Shown: positions 27,977 through 35,816, counted from the first letter of the stretch. The stretch is DNA of 64,000 nt from an uncultured archaeon (GCA_903831045.1 CAIKWG010000042.1:13239-77238), one strand, 5' to 3'. The notes: generated by a model not told the origin, from the sequence alone. Translations and numbers: made by a program.

Positions 27977-29128
27977 ATGAAAATTTGGTTAATTATGTTA
28001 GTGCCAGTAATCTTTGTGGCTATTCTCATTGTCTTTTTTAGAAGAAAGGTTGTTTGGTGGGAACTTGCAATTCCTCTCGGGGTATCCGCACTTCTCATAA
28101 CCATCTTTAAACTAACAAGTCAGAGCATTATTACAAATGATATTGAATACTGGGGCAATTATATCACTCGAGTTCAATATTATCAACCCTGGGATAAATG
28201 GGTAGATGAAATGTGTAGCTATGATGTTGCCAGCGGTACTGATTCAAATGGTAACACCACCTACACTACAATTTACTATGACTGCAGTCATTCCGTAAAC
28301 TATGGACCAGAGTTTTTTGGAATTCTAAACTCTGGCGATAATGTTCCAATTTCTGGGGGGGAATATCAAAGGATGAAATCTCTTTTCGGAAATAATCGTC
28401 TTATTGATTTGCATAGAGATTATTATCAAACAGATGGAGATCTTATGGAATCAGACTATGATGGAAGTTATGAAAAGTATGAGTTTGTTGCAACCAAGCA
28501 TCATTATAAAAATAAAGTACAGGCTTCAACTCAGCATTTTTTCCCTAAAATCACTCCTGAAGAAATAGCTCTCTACAATCTTTATGAATATCCTCCGATA
28601 AAAGATTATTCTCTTCCTGCAATTCTCGGCTATGAAGGATATATTCATGATCCAATCATTGATAAAAAATTCGATTGGCTAAATGGAAAACTTGGAATGT
28701 CCAAAGAATTGCGAGTGTGGATTCTTTTATACAAGAATAGCCTACCCGAAGCTGGTATCAGGCAGGAATCTCTATGGAAAGGGGGTAATCAAAATGAGTT
28801 GATTGTAACAATTGGTATTGACGAGAACTCAGATGTGCAATGGGCTCAGGTGATAACCTGGTCAGAAGTTGAAGGATTAAAACCCATCATTCAGAGACAT
28901 GTTGAAGAAATGGGGAAACTTGATCTTTCTGAATTAGCGGATTTTCTCTACAAAAAATTGGAAAGAGATTTTGTACGAAAAGATTTTGCTGAATTTAAAT
29001 ATCTTACAATAGAGCCTCCCGGTTGGGCAATGCTCGTTACTTTTTTAGTAACATTAATTACAAATATTCTTCTCTCCTTTTGGATTGTCAAAAATGAATA
29101 TGATGCAGACAATCCTTCTGGATGGTGA
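27977..29128 (+). CDS. Conserved membrane protein with large extracytoplasmic domain
   Basis: 2 N-terminal TM, DIEYWG, paired Cys, WKGGNQNELIV, C-terminal TM. Confidence 0.7.
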   Translation: MKIWLIMLVPVIFVAILIVFFRRKVVWWELAIPLGVSALLITIFKLTSQSIITNDIEYWGNYITRVQYYQPWDKWVDEMCSYDVASGTDSNGNTTYTTIYYDCSHSVNYGPEFFGILNSGDNVPISGGEYQRMKSLFGNNRLIDLHRDYYQTDGDLMESDYDGSYEKYEFVATKHHYKNKVQASTQHFFPKITPEEIALYNLYEYPPIKDYSLPAILGYEGYIHDPIIDKKFDWLNGKLGMSKELRVWILLYKNSLPEAGIRQESLWKGGNQNELIVTIGIDENSDVQWAQVITWSEVEGLKPIIQRHVEEMGKLDLSELADFLYKKLERDFVRKDFAEFKYLTIEPPGWAMLVTFLVTLITNILLSFWIVKNEYDADNPSGW

Positions 29129-29206
29129 TATTTATTAATCCTGTATAAACAAAAAGAAAACTAACTTTCAAATTTTTATTAACAATTTAATCTAGGAGAT
29201 TGTAAA

Positions 29207-30172
29207 ATGGAAACAACAAAATCTATTCTTACACGTTCTGGTGACATGATCAGTGTTGATATCACCGATGAAAGCTGCATGAAATGGGGAGTTAAATCTG
29301 GAACAAGAATACTGACGCCAGATGGAAGAGCAACTGTTCAAGGAGTTGGTTTTCCCCCCAAACCAGAGATTCAAAGCATGCCTACTCCTTTTGGAATGGC
29401 TTTCATTCTGGGTTCTTTACTTGGAGGCAATACCAACTTGGGTTCTCAGATGTGGTTCATTGAGGATTCGGATAATGGAAGATCTGCTTTTAATAATAAA
29501 TGGATTGATGCAGAATCTTTTGTATCTGAAGGATTTGTAATCATTGGAACTCCTGAGGAAGAAGAAGCCTGGATAAAAAAACTTGAAGCTGAAGGTAAAA
29601 AAGAAATTAAGCTTTTATGCGGGCATTTTGCCATTGTTGATATCACCGATGAAAGCTGCATGAAATGGGGAGTGAAATCTGGAATGAGAATTTCTTCTCC
29701 TCAAGGGATTATTACCGTTCAGGGAGTCGGATGTCATCCGGGGAATACGGGCTCTGATATCTTTTGCTCTGTAGAAAATAAGGAGAACAAATGCGGAGTG
29801 TGGAATGAGGATTGGGTGAATGCCGAAACTTTTCCAATGAATCTGCGTATTTTAGGAACTCCTGAGGAAGAAGAAGCCTGGATAAAAAAACTTGAGGCCG
29901 AAGGGAAAAAAGAGATTCTTACTGCACTCGGTGGGAAAATAATTGTTGATATCACCGATGAAAGCTGTATGAAATGGGGAGTTAAATCTGGAACAAGAAT
30001 ATTAACTCCAGTGGGAGAAGCCACCGTGCAGGGAGTAGGATGTGTTCCGGACAGTCCTGAAGCAGGTATGCAGATGTGGTGTCTCTGGGACGATTATGAG
30101 GGGGCTGCAATTAATTCTGACTGGACTGATGTGGAATCTTTTGCATCAGAGGGATATTTGATTCTTAACTAA
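29207..30172 (+). CDS. Protein with three tandem copies of a small beta domain
   Basis: VDITDESCMKWGVKSG x3 and GTPEEEEAWIKKLEAEGKKEI x2, near-identical at DNA level. Confidence 0.8.
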   Translation: METTKSILTRSGDMISVDITDESCMKWGVKSGTRILTPDGRATVQGVGFPPKPEIQSMPTPFGMAFILGSLLGGNTNLGSQMWFIEDSDNGRSAFNNKWIDAESFVSEGFVIIGTPEEEEAWIKKLEAEGKKEIKLLCGHFAIVDITDESCMKWGVKSGMRISSPQGIITVQGVGCHPGNTGSDIFCSVENKENKCGVWNEDWVNAETFPMNLRILGTPEEEEAWIKKLEAEGKKEILTALGGKIIVDITDESCMKWGVKSGTRILTPVGEATVQGVGCVPDSPEAGMQMWCLWDDYEGAAINSDWTDVESFASEGYLILN

Positions 30173-30188
30173 TCTTAATTGCGATTTA

Positions 30189-30224
30189 GCTCATTTTTCT
30201 GTTTGGAGTATAACTAAACAGAAT
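30189..30224 (+). promoter_or_regulatory. Conserved hairpin, family B copy 4
   Basis: GCTCATTTTTCTGTTTGGAGTATAACTAAACAGA; 57 nt before ATG 30279. Confidence 0.6.
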
Positions 30225-30278
30225 TTTTTTCAAAACAAAAAACAATTTTATTAACAAATTTTATTGGAGGATTAAAAA

Positions 30279-30728
30279 ATGAAAATTAATCTAAAATCCG
30301 TTATTGAAGATGCGGGTTTAAATGTAACGGCACTAAGAGAAGCAATCTTGCTTGTGCTTTTGACAGAAGCTAAAATTAAAAAAGTTGAACTTCTCAAACG
30401 CCTTTATGAAAAAAATGCTACCTGGACAAATCATCAAATTCTTTATGCTCTTGCAGAAATGCAGAACAAGGAAATTCTTATGAAATTGAGTCTTAATGAT
30501 GAGATTCTTTATTATCTCACTCCAAAATCTCTCGTGAAAATTTTTGCAAAAATGACCGAAAATTTTACCCAGGAAACTGGAGAAAAATTCGGAAATGCCG
30601 CAGAATTAACTGAAGAGCAATTTACACACATTCTTGATGCTGCTGGAGAAAGATGGGAAGAATTGCATACTCTTAGTACGCAAATAAGCAGACGTATTGG
30701 TGCTGCATTTAAAAAATACTTTGAATAA
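30279..30728 (+). CDS. Possible winged-HTH protein
   Basis: Helix pattern LREAILLVL..KKVELLKRL..HQILYALAEM..ILYYLT. Confidence 0.45.
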   Translation: MKINLKSVIEDAGLNVTALREAILLVLLTEAKIKKVELLKRLYEKNATWTNHQILYALAEMQNKEILMKLSLNDEILYYLTPKSLVKIFAKMTENFTQETGEKFGNAAELTEEQFTHILDAAGERWEELHTLSTQISRRIGAAFKKYFE

Positions 30729-30761
30729 TTATTTAATTCATTCATTTTTAAATTTAATATC

Positions 30762-31073
30762 ATGAAACGTACACTTATCAGATTAATATCTGTGGGCGAA
30801 GTTGGACAATTGGAAGTGGAAGGCATCGAAATGGAGATTCATCAATCTTCTATTTTCAGAACAGGAGTCAAAGTTTTCATTATTGGCAAGAGTAGAAATC
30901 CTGATGAAGAAATTGAAAAACTAAATCAGTCAGAAGATATACTCGTTCCAAAAGATTCAACTGCTTATGAAATTGCAAATAAAGTTGAATTGGATGGAGA
31001 TGCTATTTATGCTGTTATTTTTTATAAAGGGATAAAGTGGGAAATTAAACTTGATTCAACTTCCATGAGGTAA
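30762..31073 (+). CDS. Hypothetical protein
   Basis: 103 aa ORF. Confidence 0.6.
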   Translation: MKRTLIRLISVGEVGQLEVEGIEMEIHQSSIFRTGVKVFIIGKSRNPDEEIEKLNQSEDILVPKDSTAYEIANKVELDGDAIYAVIFYKGIKWEIKLDSTSMR

Positions 31074-31129
31074 TTATTCATTTTGTAAAAACAATTTTAT
31101 TAACAATTTAATTTAAGGAGGATTTTATT

Positions 31130-31363
31130 ATGAGAAAAAAGTATTTTTATATCCTTACCTGTGAAGTTAGACTTTTAGGTAGTTCGAAAAAATGGAAAAG
31201 AACAGAATCGGGAGAGTTCTTTCCTAGGGATTCTGAATTACCAGAAGATAATCAGTCTGCAATTTACGCCTTCCTGTTTAATCAGTTTAAGAAAAATGAA
31301 GAATGCTTGGGGAAAACCTTTAGTTTTGCAACTGTTTTTTATCGTCTTACTGAAACTACTTAA
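31130..31363 (+). CDS. Small protein, paralog of 13383..13634
   Basis: MRKKYFYILTCE; GGAGG leader. Confidence 0.65.
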   Translation: MRKKYFYILTCEVRLLGSSKKWKRTESGEFFPRDSELPEDNQSAIYAFLFNQFKKNEECLGKTFSFATVFYRLTETT

Positions 31364-31436
31364 TAAAAAAGTTTAATCTTCTATTCATCATTTTCTAATT
31401 TCATTTATTTACAATTTAATTTAAGGAGATTTAATT

Positions 31437-31616
31437 ATGAAAAGATTATCGCGTTCATTTTCAGATGCTAAAATCGCCGGTGTCTGTGGAGGTTTAGGAG
31501 AATATTTTAACCTTGATCCGGCATGGTTTAGATTCGGTTTTCTCGTATCGCTTATCTGCTATGGTGTAGGATTAGTTCCTTACATCATTCTCTGGATTGT
31601 TTTACCTGAAAAATAA
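31437..31616 (+). CDS. pspC: PspC-domain protein (59 aa, not in ORF track)
   Basis: MKRLSRSFSDAKIAGVCGGLGEYFNLDPAWFR...YIILWIVLPEK; AAGGAG leader. Confidence 0.9.
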   Translation: MKRLSRSFSDAKIAGVCGGLGEYFNLDPAWFRFGFLVSLICYGVGLVPYIILWIVLPEK

Positions 31617-31670
31617 TTTTCTAAAGTTTAATCACTAACTTTTATTAACAAATTTAATTGGAGGATTTAT

Positions 31671-32225
31671 ATGATGTTACCAACTTTGCAAGAAGAAGAA
31701 ATTATACCCTTACTTAATTTCTGCCTAAAAAACGGATATTTTGCATTTAAAGATAAATTCTTAAATGCAGAAATTAAGTCCGTCCATATAAGAGGAGCAT
31801 ATCTAAGATTAGTTCTTTCTATTCCTTCAGAAAAAGAAGGTGAGCCAAATCAAGAAAAAATGATTTTACTTTTGCGTGATAGAAAAGGTTTTGAAAATAG
31901 AACTCTTCTTTTCGATTCCTATTCCTTCCCAGAGGATTTACCAAACTTTCTAATTACTGAAGATAAAGAATTGGGAACGATGATTTACTCTTTAGGTTTA
32001 AGCTGTGTTCTTTCTCTCAAGAATGAATTTAGTGTGGTCTCTTACAAGGAGGATAATGGATTTCTAGTTTTAACTCACAAATCCAAAAAGATGGAAGTTG
32101 TTCAACTTTCTCCCTATTGTTCAACAGGAAAATTTAGCGGAGGATATAATATTTCTTCTGATAGAAAAACCGTTGAATATTGGAATGCTCCAGAAACAAA
32201 AGTAATGAAGGTAAAAGAAGCTTAA
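31671..32225 (+). CDS. Hypothetical protein
   Basis: 184 aa, GGAGG leader. Confidence 0.6.
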   Translation: MMLPTLQEEEIIPLLNFCLKNGYFAFKDKFLNAEIKSVHIRGAYLRLVLSIPSEKEGEPNQEKMILLLRDRKGFENRTLLFDSYSFPEDLPNFLITEDKELGTMIYSLGLSCVLSLKNEFSVVSYKEDNGFLVLTHKSKKMEVVQLSPYCSTGKFSGGYNISSDRKTVEYWNAPETKVMKVKEA

Positions 32226-32308
32226 ATTTCACTAACTAAATTTTATTAACAATTTTTTTCATCATTTTTTAATTTTATTTATTCACTAATTTTTTAAGGA
32301 GTTTTATT

Positions 32309-32809
32309 ATGAAAAAGTTTATTGTTTTATTGCTAATTTCTTTCTTTGCAACTACAATGTTTGCTCAGGAAAGAAAAAATGAAGCCTCACAAAAGGCTCA
32401 GGTTTCACAAATGCAGCAAGCAGGAGTTCACCATCATGGTTTGCCCACCTTGCCAGTTATAGGTTCTAAGGATCCTAAATTCATGCCTCCGCGTCCGGGA
32501 AAAAGAATCTTTGATTTCCGTCCTTCAGCTGAGAGGAATATAGAACATTTCAGAAATTGGGTGCAGCTGAATCTGAGGTATCCTCCTCTTGCAGTTGAAG
32601 GAAATATTTCCGGCGTAATCTATGTTACTTTTGAAGTGAAAGATGGAAAGATAATTCCTCTTACATCAAAGAACATCCTCAAGGGAGTAAATCCATTGCT
32701 TGACAAAGAAGTTATCCGCGTCATTAATTCTGCTCCCGCATGGGCTCCTCCGCAGCGTATGCCTGGAATACAGACATTCTCTATGCCTGTTGAATTTATT
32801 CTTAAGTAA
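32309..32809 (+). CDS. Exported TonB C-terminal domain protein
   Basis: SP ending MFA-Q; NLRYPPLAVEGNISGVIYVTFEV...LDKEVIRVI..APAW.P...MPVEF. Confidence 0.85.
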   Translation: MKKFIVLLLISFFATTMFAQERKNEASQKAQVSQMQQAGVHHHGLPTLPVIGSKDPKFMPPRPGKRIFDFRPSAERNIEHFRNWVQLNLRYPPLAVEGNISGVIYVTFEVKDGKIIPLTSKNILKGVNPLLDKEVIRVINSAPAWAPPQRMPGIQTFSMPVEFILK

Positions 32810-32844
32810 GCTAAGAGGGTTTCATCCGACATTTGATTAAACGA

Positions 32845-32887
32845 AGTGTGCAGGATAATTTTAAAGAAAAGTTCTGCACACTTTTTT
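32845..32887 (+). repeat. Family A hairpin copy 3
   Basis: GTGTGCAGGATAATTTTAAAGAAAAGTTCTGCACACTTTTTT. Confidence 0.8.
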
Positions 32888-32911
32888 ATTCATCTAAAAA
32901 TAAATTTCATT

Positions 32912-33265
32912 ATGGAAATTAACAGAAATTTTTTCTTAAACTTTGTTGCCGATTCTTTATTGAAGGACTTTCAAAATACGGATAAACCATTTTATGAGTT
33001 TCTTAATCTACTCAATCATGATGGAAAATCAGTAAGGGGTCTTTTTAGAAGGTTAAGCGGTCTCAAAATAAATTTGAAGCAATCAGAAAGCAAAAAGAGT
33101 TTTGAGATCCTTGAATCCTATGATGGAGTCTGGGGTCTTGTTCTCTATGAGCAACCAGGATTTAACCTTCCATTTGAAATAGGAATCTTAAATTTTCAGG
33201 AGAACCTTTTTTATAAATTAATTCTACCTGAAGATAAATGGATTGATCTCACTACGAAATCTTAA
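32912..33265 (+). CDS. Hypothetical protein
   Basis: Likely start MEINRN. Confidence 0.55.
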   Translation: MEINRNFFLNFVADSLLKDFQNTDKPFYEFLNLLNHDGKSVRGLFRRLSGLKINLKQSESKKSFEILESYDGVWGLVLYEQPGFNLPFEIGILNFQENLFYKLILPEDKWIDLTTKS

Positions 33266-33323
33266 TTCGTACTTTTATTAATTCTCTTCTTTTTATTCAC
33301 AAATTTAATTGGAGGTTTAAATT

Positions 33324-33557
33324 ATGAAAATTTCTCTTTCAACTGATGCCAAAATCATCTTAGCTCAATTGGGAAAAGTTCTTTCTGCAATAGTAAGTTT
33401 TTGTGCTTTTGTTTACGGCTGGTTTGCAGATTTAACATTCTCTCAGGATGCGCCAAAAATACTTCTTCTGATAGCCTTAATTTTTATTCCTATCTTTATT
33501 TATCTCAGATTGCAAAATCTGCGAGATAAACTTGAAGGAAAGCCCTGGGCAAGATAG
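33324..33557 (+). CDS. Small membrane protein
   Basis: 2 TM; GGAGG leader. Confidence 0.6.
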   Translation: MKISLSTDAKIILAQLGKVLSAIVSFCAFVYGWFADLTFSQDAPKILLLIALIFIPIFIYLRLQNLRDKLEGKPWAR

Positions 33558-33619
33558 AATATTCTTTTAAGAAGATTTCAACTTTTATTTTTATTAATTA
33601 TTTAATTGGAGGATTTATC

Positions 33620-33871
33620 ATGTCAGCAGATGGTCATACGCCGTGGTTCACAGATGATTCTGAAGCATGTGAAGGCTTTGGAGTTTCTCCGGGAGAGGAT
33701 ATAATTCTTCCTAATGGAGAAAGAGCAACTGTTGTTGGAAAAGATTGGATTCAAGAAGCAGGTGCAAGTAACAGGATTCTTTTTCGAGATGAAGATGGTA
33801 ATGAGAAGTATTGGGGTTCCTGGGAAAGTGCAGAAGATTTTGAAAGACTTGGATTCAGAAAAGTTGATTAA
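33620..33871 (+). CDS. Single-domain member of the 29207 repeat family
   Basis: DDSEACEGFGVSPGEDIILPNGERATVVG...W.SAEDF...GF. Confidence 0.7.
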   Translation: MSADGHTPWFTDDSEACEGFGVSPGEDIILPNGERATVVGKDWIQEAGASNRILFRDEDGNEKYWGSWESAEDFERLGFRKVD

Positions 33872-33905
33872 ATTATTTTAGATTTAGCTTAATTGCGAAC
33901 TCACA

Positions 33906-33948
33906 GGTGTGCAGGATGATTCGAAAGAAAAGTTCTGCACACTTTTTT
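33906..33948 (+). repeat. Family A hairpin copy 4
   Basis: GTGTGCAGGATGATTCGAAAGAAAAGTTCTGCACACTTTTTT. Confidence 0.8.
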
Positions 33949-33983
33949 ACTCAACAATAAATTTTTTATTGGAGGATTTTATT

Positions 33984-34436
33984 ATGATTGATAAAAAAAT
34001 ATCCCTAGCAGAATTTCTTGAAATGACAAAAGGAATGTATGTTTGGGAACATCCAGATCCAGGCAGGAGAATGATTTCTAAAGAAAACCTGTCAGACGCT
34101 TTTACTTTAATAGGAGATGCTTCTGAATCTTCTTTTGATGATGCTGGAACAACTTGCATTCTTGCTCTTGTTGCTTTGGACAAAAAGGATTATCTCCAAG
34201 AGATAGAGAAATTTATCTTTAAGGAAGAGATGGATGCATCTCTATCTAGATTTTCTGAAGGAGAAACAATTCTCGGTTGCATTGCCGGCTATTATTGCCT
34301 CAGATTTTCCGTTGAAGGCATTGTTTCATTAGGGTCTGGAAGCAATAATTATCTTTGTATGAGAGTTGGAGAAAATTGTTTCCTTCTGGCTTGGATTACA
34401 GGGACAAGGGTTTCATGGATTGAAATTGCGGATTAA
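33984..34436 (+). CDS. Hypothetical protein
   Basis: Likely start MIDKK after GGAGG. Confidence 0.6.
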   Translation: MIDKKISLAEFLEMTKGMYVWEHPDPGRRMISKENLSDAFTLIGDASESSFDDAGTTCILALVALDKKDYLQEIEKFIFKEEMDASLSRFSEGETILGCIAGYYCLRFSVEGIVSLGSGSNNYLCMRVGENCFLLAWITGTRVSWIEIAD

Positions 34437-34501
34437 TTTGTTTCTAAACAATTTTTATTAACTAATTATTTTCTTTTAATCATTTAATTGGAGGATTTAT
34501 T

Positions 34502-35050
34502 ATGTTTTTTTTATGTCTTACATTATTATGCCTTGGTCTGGGATTCTTATTCTTTTTCTTATCTGACAAAAACAATAAAGAGTCCCTTGGAGGAACTGGA
34601 ATTGCTTTCATAGTTATTGGTTGTTTCATTTTTGTGATTGAAGTGATTTCGGAATTTTCTAATTATTCTGGTCAAATAAGAAGGTTCGAGAATCTCCGTG
34701 CCGAGAATAAGAAGATAGTGCTTCTTGAGGAGAAATGCACTTCCTTGACAAAATCATTTTCTTATTACCTTGGAGAAAAATATCCTGAATTTGAAAAGCA
34801 AATTTTTGAAAAAATTTCTCCTGCATCTGCTGAAGGCAATATTATTGCTTTACTCTCTCACTATCCTGAATTGCGTTCGTCTGAGTCTATTGGTAAATTG
34901 GTAGATCAGATAAACTCTCTAACCAGCGACCTTTATGCACGAAAGATTTCTCGCGAGGACATTTGTCAAAAAATTAGATTCAAGGAAAAATCTCCCTGGA
35001 TTTTATTTTTGCCAAAAGTTTCTGAAGACCTTAAGGCTATCATTTTCTAA
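34502..35050 (+). CDS. Membrane-anchored helical protein
   Basis: 2 TM then helical domain with YPE repeats. Confidence 0.6.
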   Translation: MFFLCLTLLCLGLGFLFFFLSDKNNKESLGGTGIAFIVIGCFIFVIEVISEFSNYSGQIRRFENLRAENKKIVLLEEKCTSLTKSFSYYLGEKYPEFEKQIFEKISPASAEGNIIALLSHYPELRSSESIGKLVDQINSLTSDLYARKISREDICQKIRFKEKSPWILFLPKVSEDLKAIIF

Positions 35051-35069
35051 TTCTTAATTTTTATTTTTT

Positions 35070-35384
35070 ATGAAAGATTTAATGCCTGAAGCTATCAAAT
35101 TGGTAGACAAAAAATTTAATCAAAAAGTAAGGAGACTGATGGCAGCACAAACCGCAGTTCTTGTGCTTTTCCTATTACTCTTTTTCCAAAAGGTAATAAC
35201 TGTTGTTAGCTGTTCGATTGCTTTGGCAGTTCCAATTTTGGTTACATTACTTGTGTGGTTAATTTACAAGAGGGAGTATAAAGAGGAGATAAGAATTCTT
35301 ACCTTGAAATCTTTTCTTGCTAACCTTGTTGGTTATGGATTGGGAATTGCTTCTGGAGCAATTTTAGAAGCTATTGTTCATTAA
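35070..35384 (+). CDS. Small membrane protein
   Basis: 3 hydrophobic segments. Confidence 0.55.
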   Translation: MKDLMPEAIKLVDKKFNQKVRRLMAAQTAVLVLFLLLFFQKVITVVSCSIALAVPILVTLLVWLIYKREYKEEIRILTLKSFLANLVGYGLGIASGAILEAIVH

Positions 35385-35427
35385 TTATTCTTAATTAATT
35401 TCTTTAACATTTAATTTTTAATTTATT

Positions 35428-35748
35428 ATGAAAAAAGCATATAAATTTACTTGGACGTGGAAACAGTTTTTGACTGTTTATTTTCTAATTGTTCTTATAG
35501 GAGTGCTGGCTGGTTGTGCTAATGTCACTCCTATTGAATCTGTTGGAGTAGTGCATCATTACGGTTTCTTTAGTGGAGTGTGGCACGGTATTGTTGCTCC
35601 ATTCAGCATTTGGGGTTCTCTCTTTTGGCCCAAATCAATTGCTTTCTATGGGTTGATCAATACTGGCTGGTGGTATAACTTCGGATTTCTTTTTGGCATG
35701 AGTGTAGTGTTGGGCGGGGGAGGACGTGCTACTTCTGGTAGTAAATAA
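35428..35748 (+). CDS. Conserved putative lipoprotein/membrane protein
   Basis: LAG-C lipobox; GFFSGVWHG..P...SLF....Y...NTGWWYNFGFLFG. Confidence 0.7.
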   Translation: MKKAYKFTWTWKQFLTVYFLIVLIGVLAGCANVTPIESVGVVHHYGFFSGVWHGIVAPFSIWGSLFWPKSIAFYGLINTGWWYNFGFLFGMSVVLGGGGRATSGSK

Positions 35749-35769
35749 TTCATTGACTGGTTAAGTAAT

Positions 35770-35816
35770 AAAAAAATATCTCCATCTTCGCAAGAAGCTC
35801 TGGAGATATTTTTTTT
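35770..35816. terminator. Bidirectional terminator-like hairpin at the array/core junction
   Basis: AAAAAAATATCTCCA/TGGAGATATTTTTTT with inner CTTC-GCAA-GAAG. Confidence 0.7.

Larger units (their letters stand above)
1..35816 (+). other. Unidirectional accessory gene array/island (~57 ORFs + 1 tRNA), open at the left window edge
   Basis: All credible ORFs from 1 to 35748 are on +, separated by short AT-rich spacers with recurring leaders and hairpins; ends at a bidirectional hairpin facing rpoD. No integrase or virion genes seen. Confidence 0.85.

Noticed and set aside
29255..30030. CRISPR array or DGR template/variable repeats
   Set aside because: Repeats are in-frame, ~310-380 bp apart and encode protein domains; differences are not adenine-specific and no cas or RT gene is seen.
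963..34183. Minus-strand and off-frame ORFs in the array (e.g. 963..1298, 15171..15596, 27118..27471)
   Set aside because: Shadows of longer + strand genes with no leader or recognisable motif.
1..35748. Stop-codon reassignment explaining the short ORFs
   Set aside because: Recognisable genes are full length in the standard code, and ORFs end mostly in TAA followed by distinct leaders.
1..35816. Classical integron cassette array with hairpins as attC sites
   Set aside because: Hairpins lack RYYYAAC/GTTRRRY boxes, occur at only a minority of junctions, and no integrase is in the window.
1..35816. Calling the array a prophage outright
   Set aside because: No terminase, capsid, portal, tail, integrase or replication gene recognised; kept only as an alternative since the left end is outside the window.
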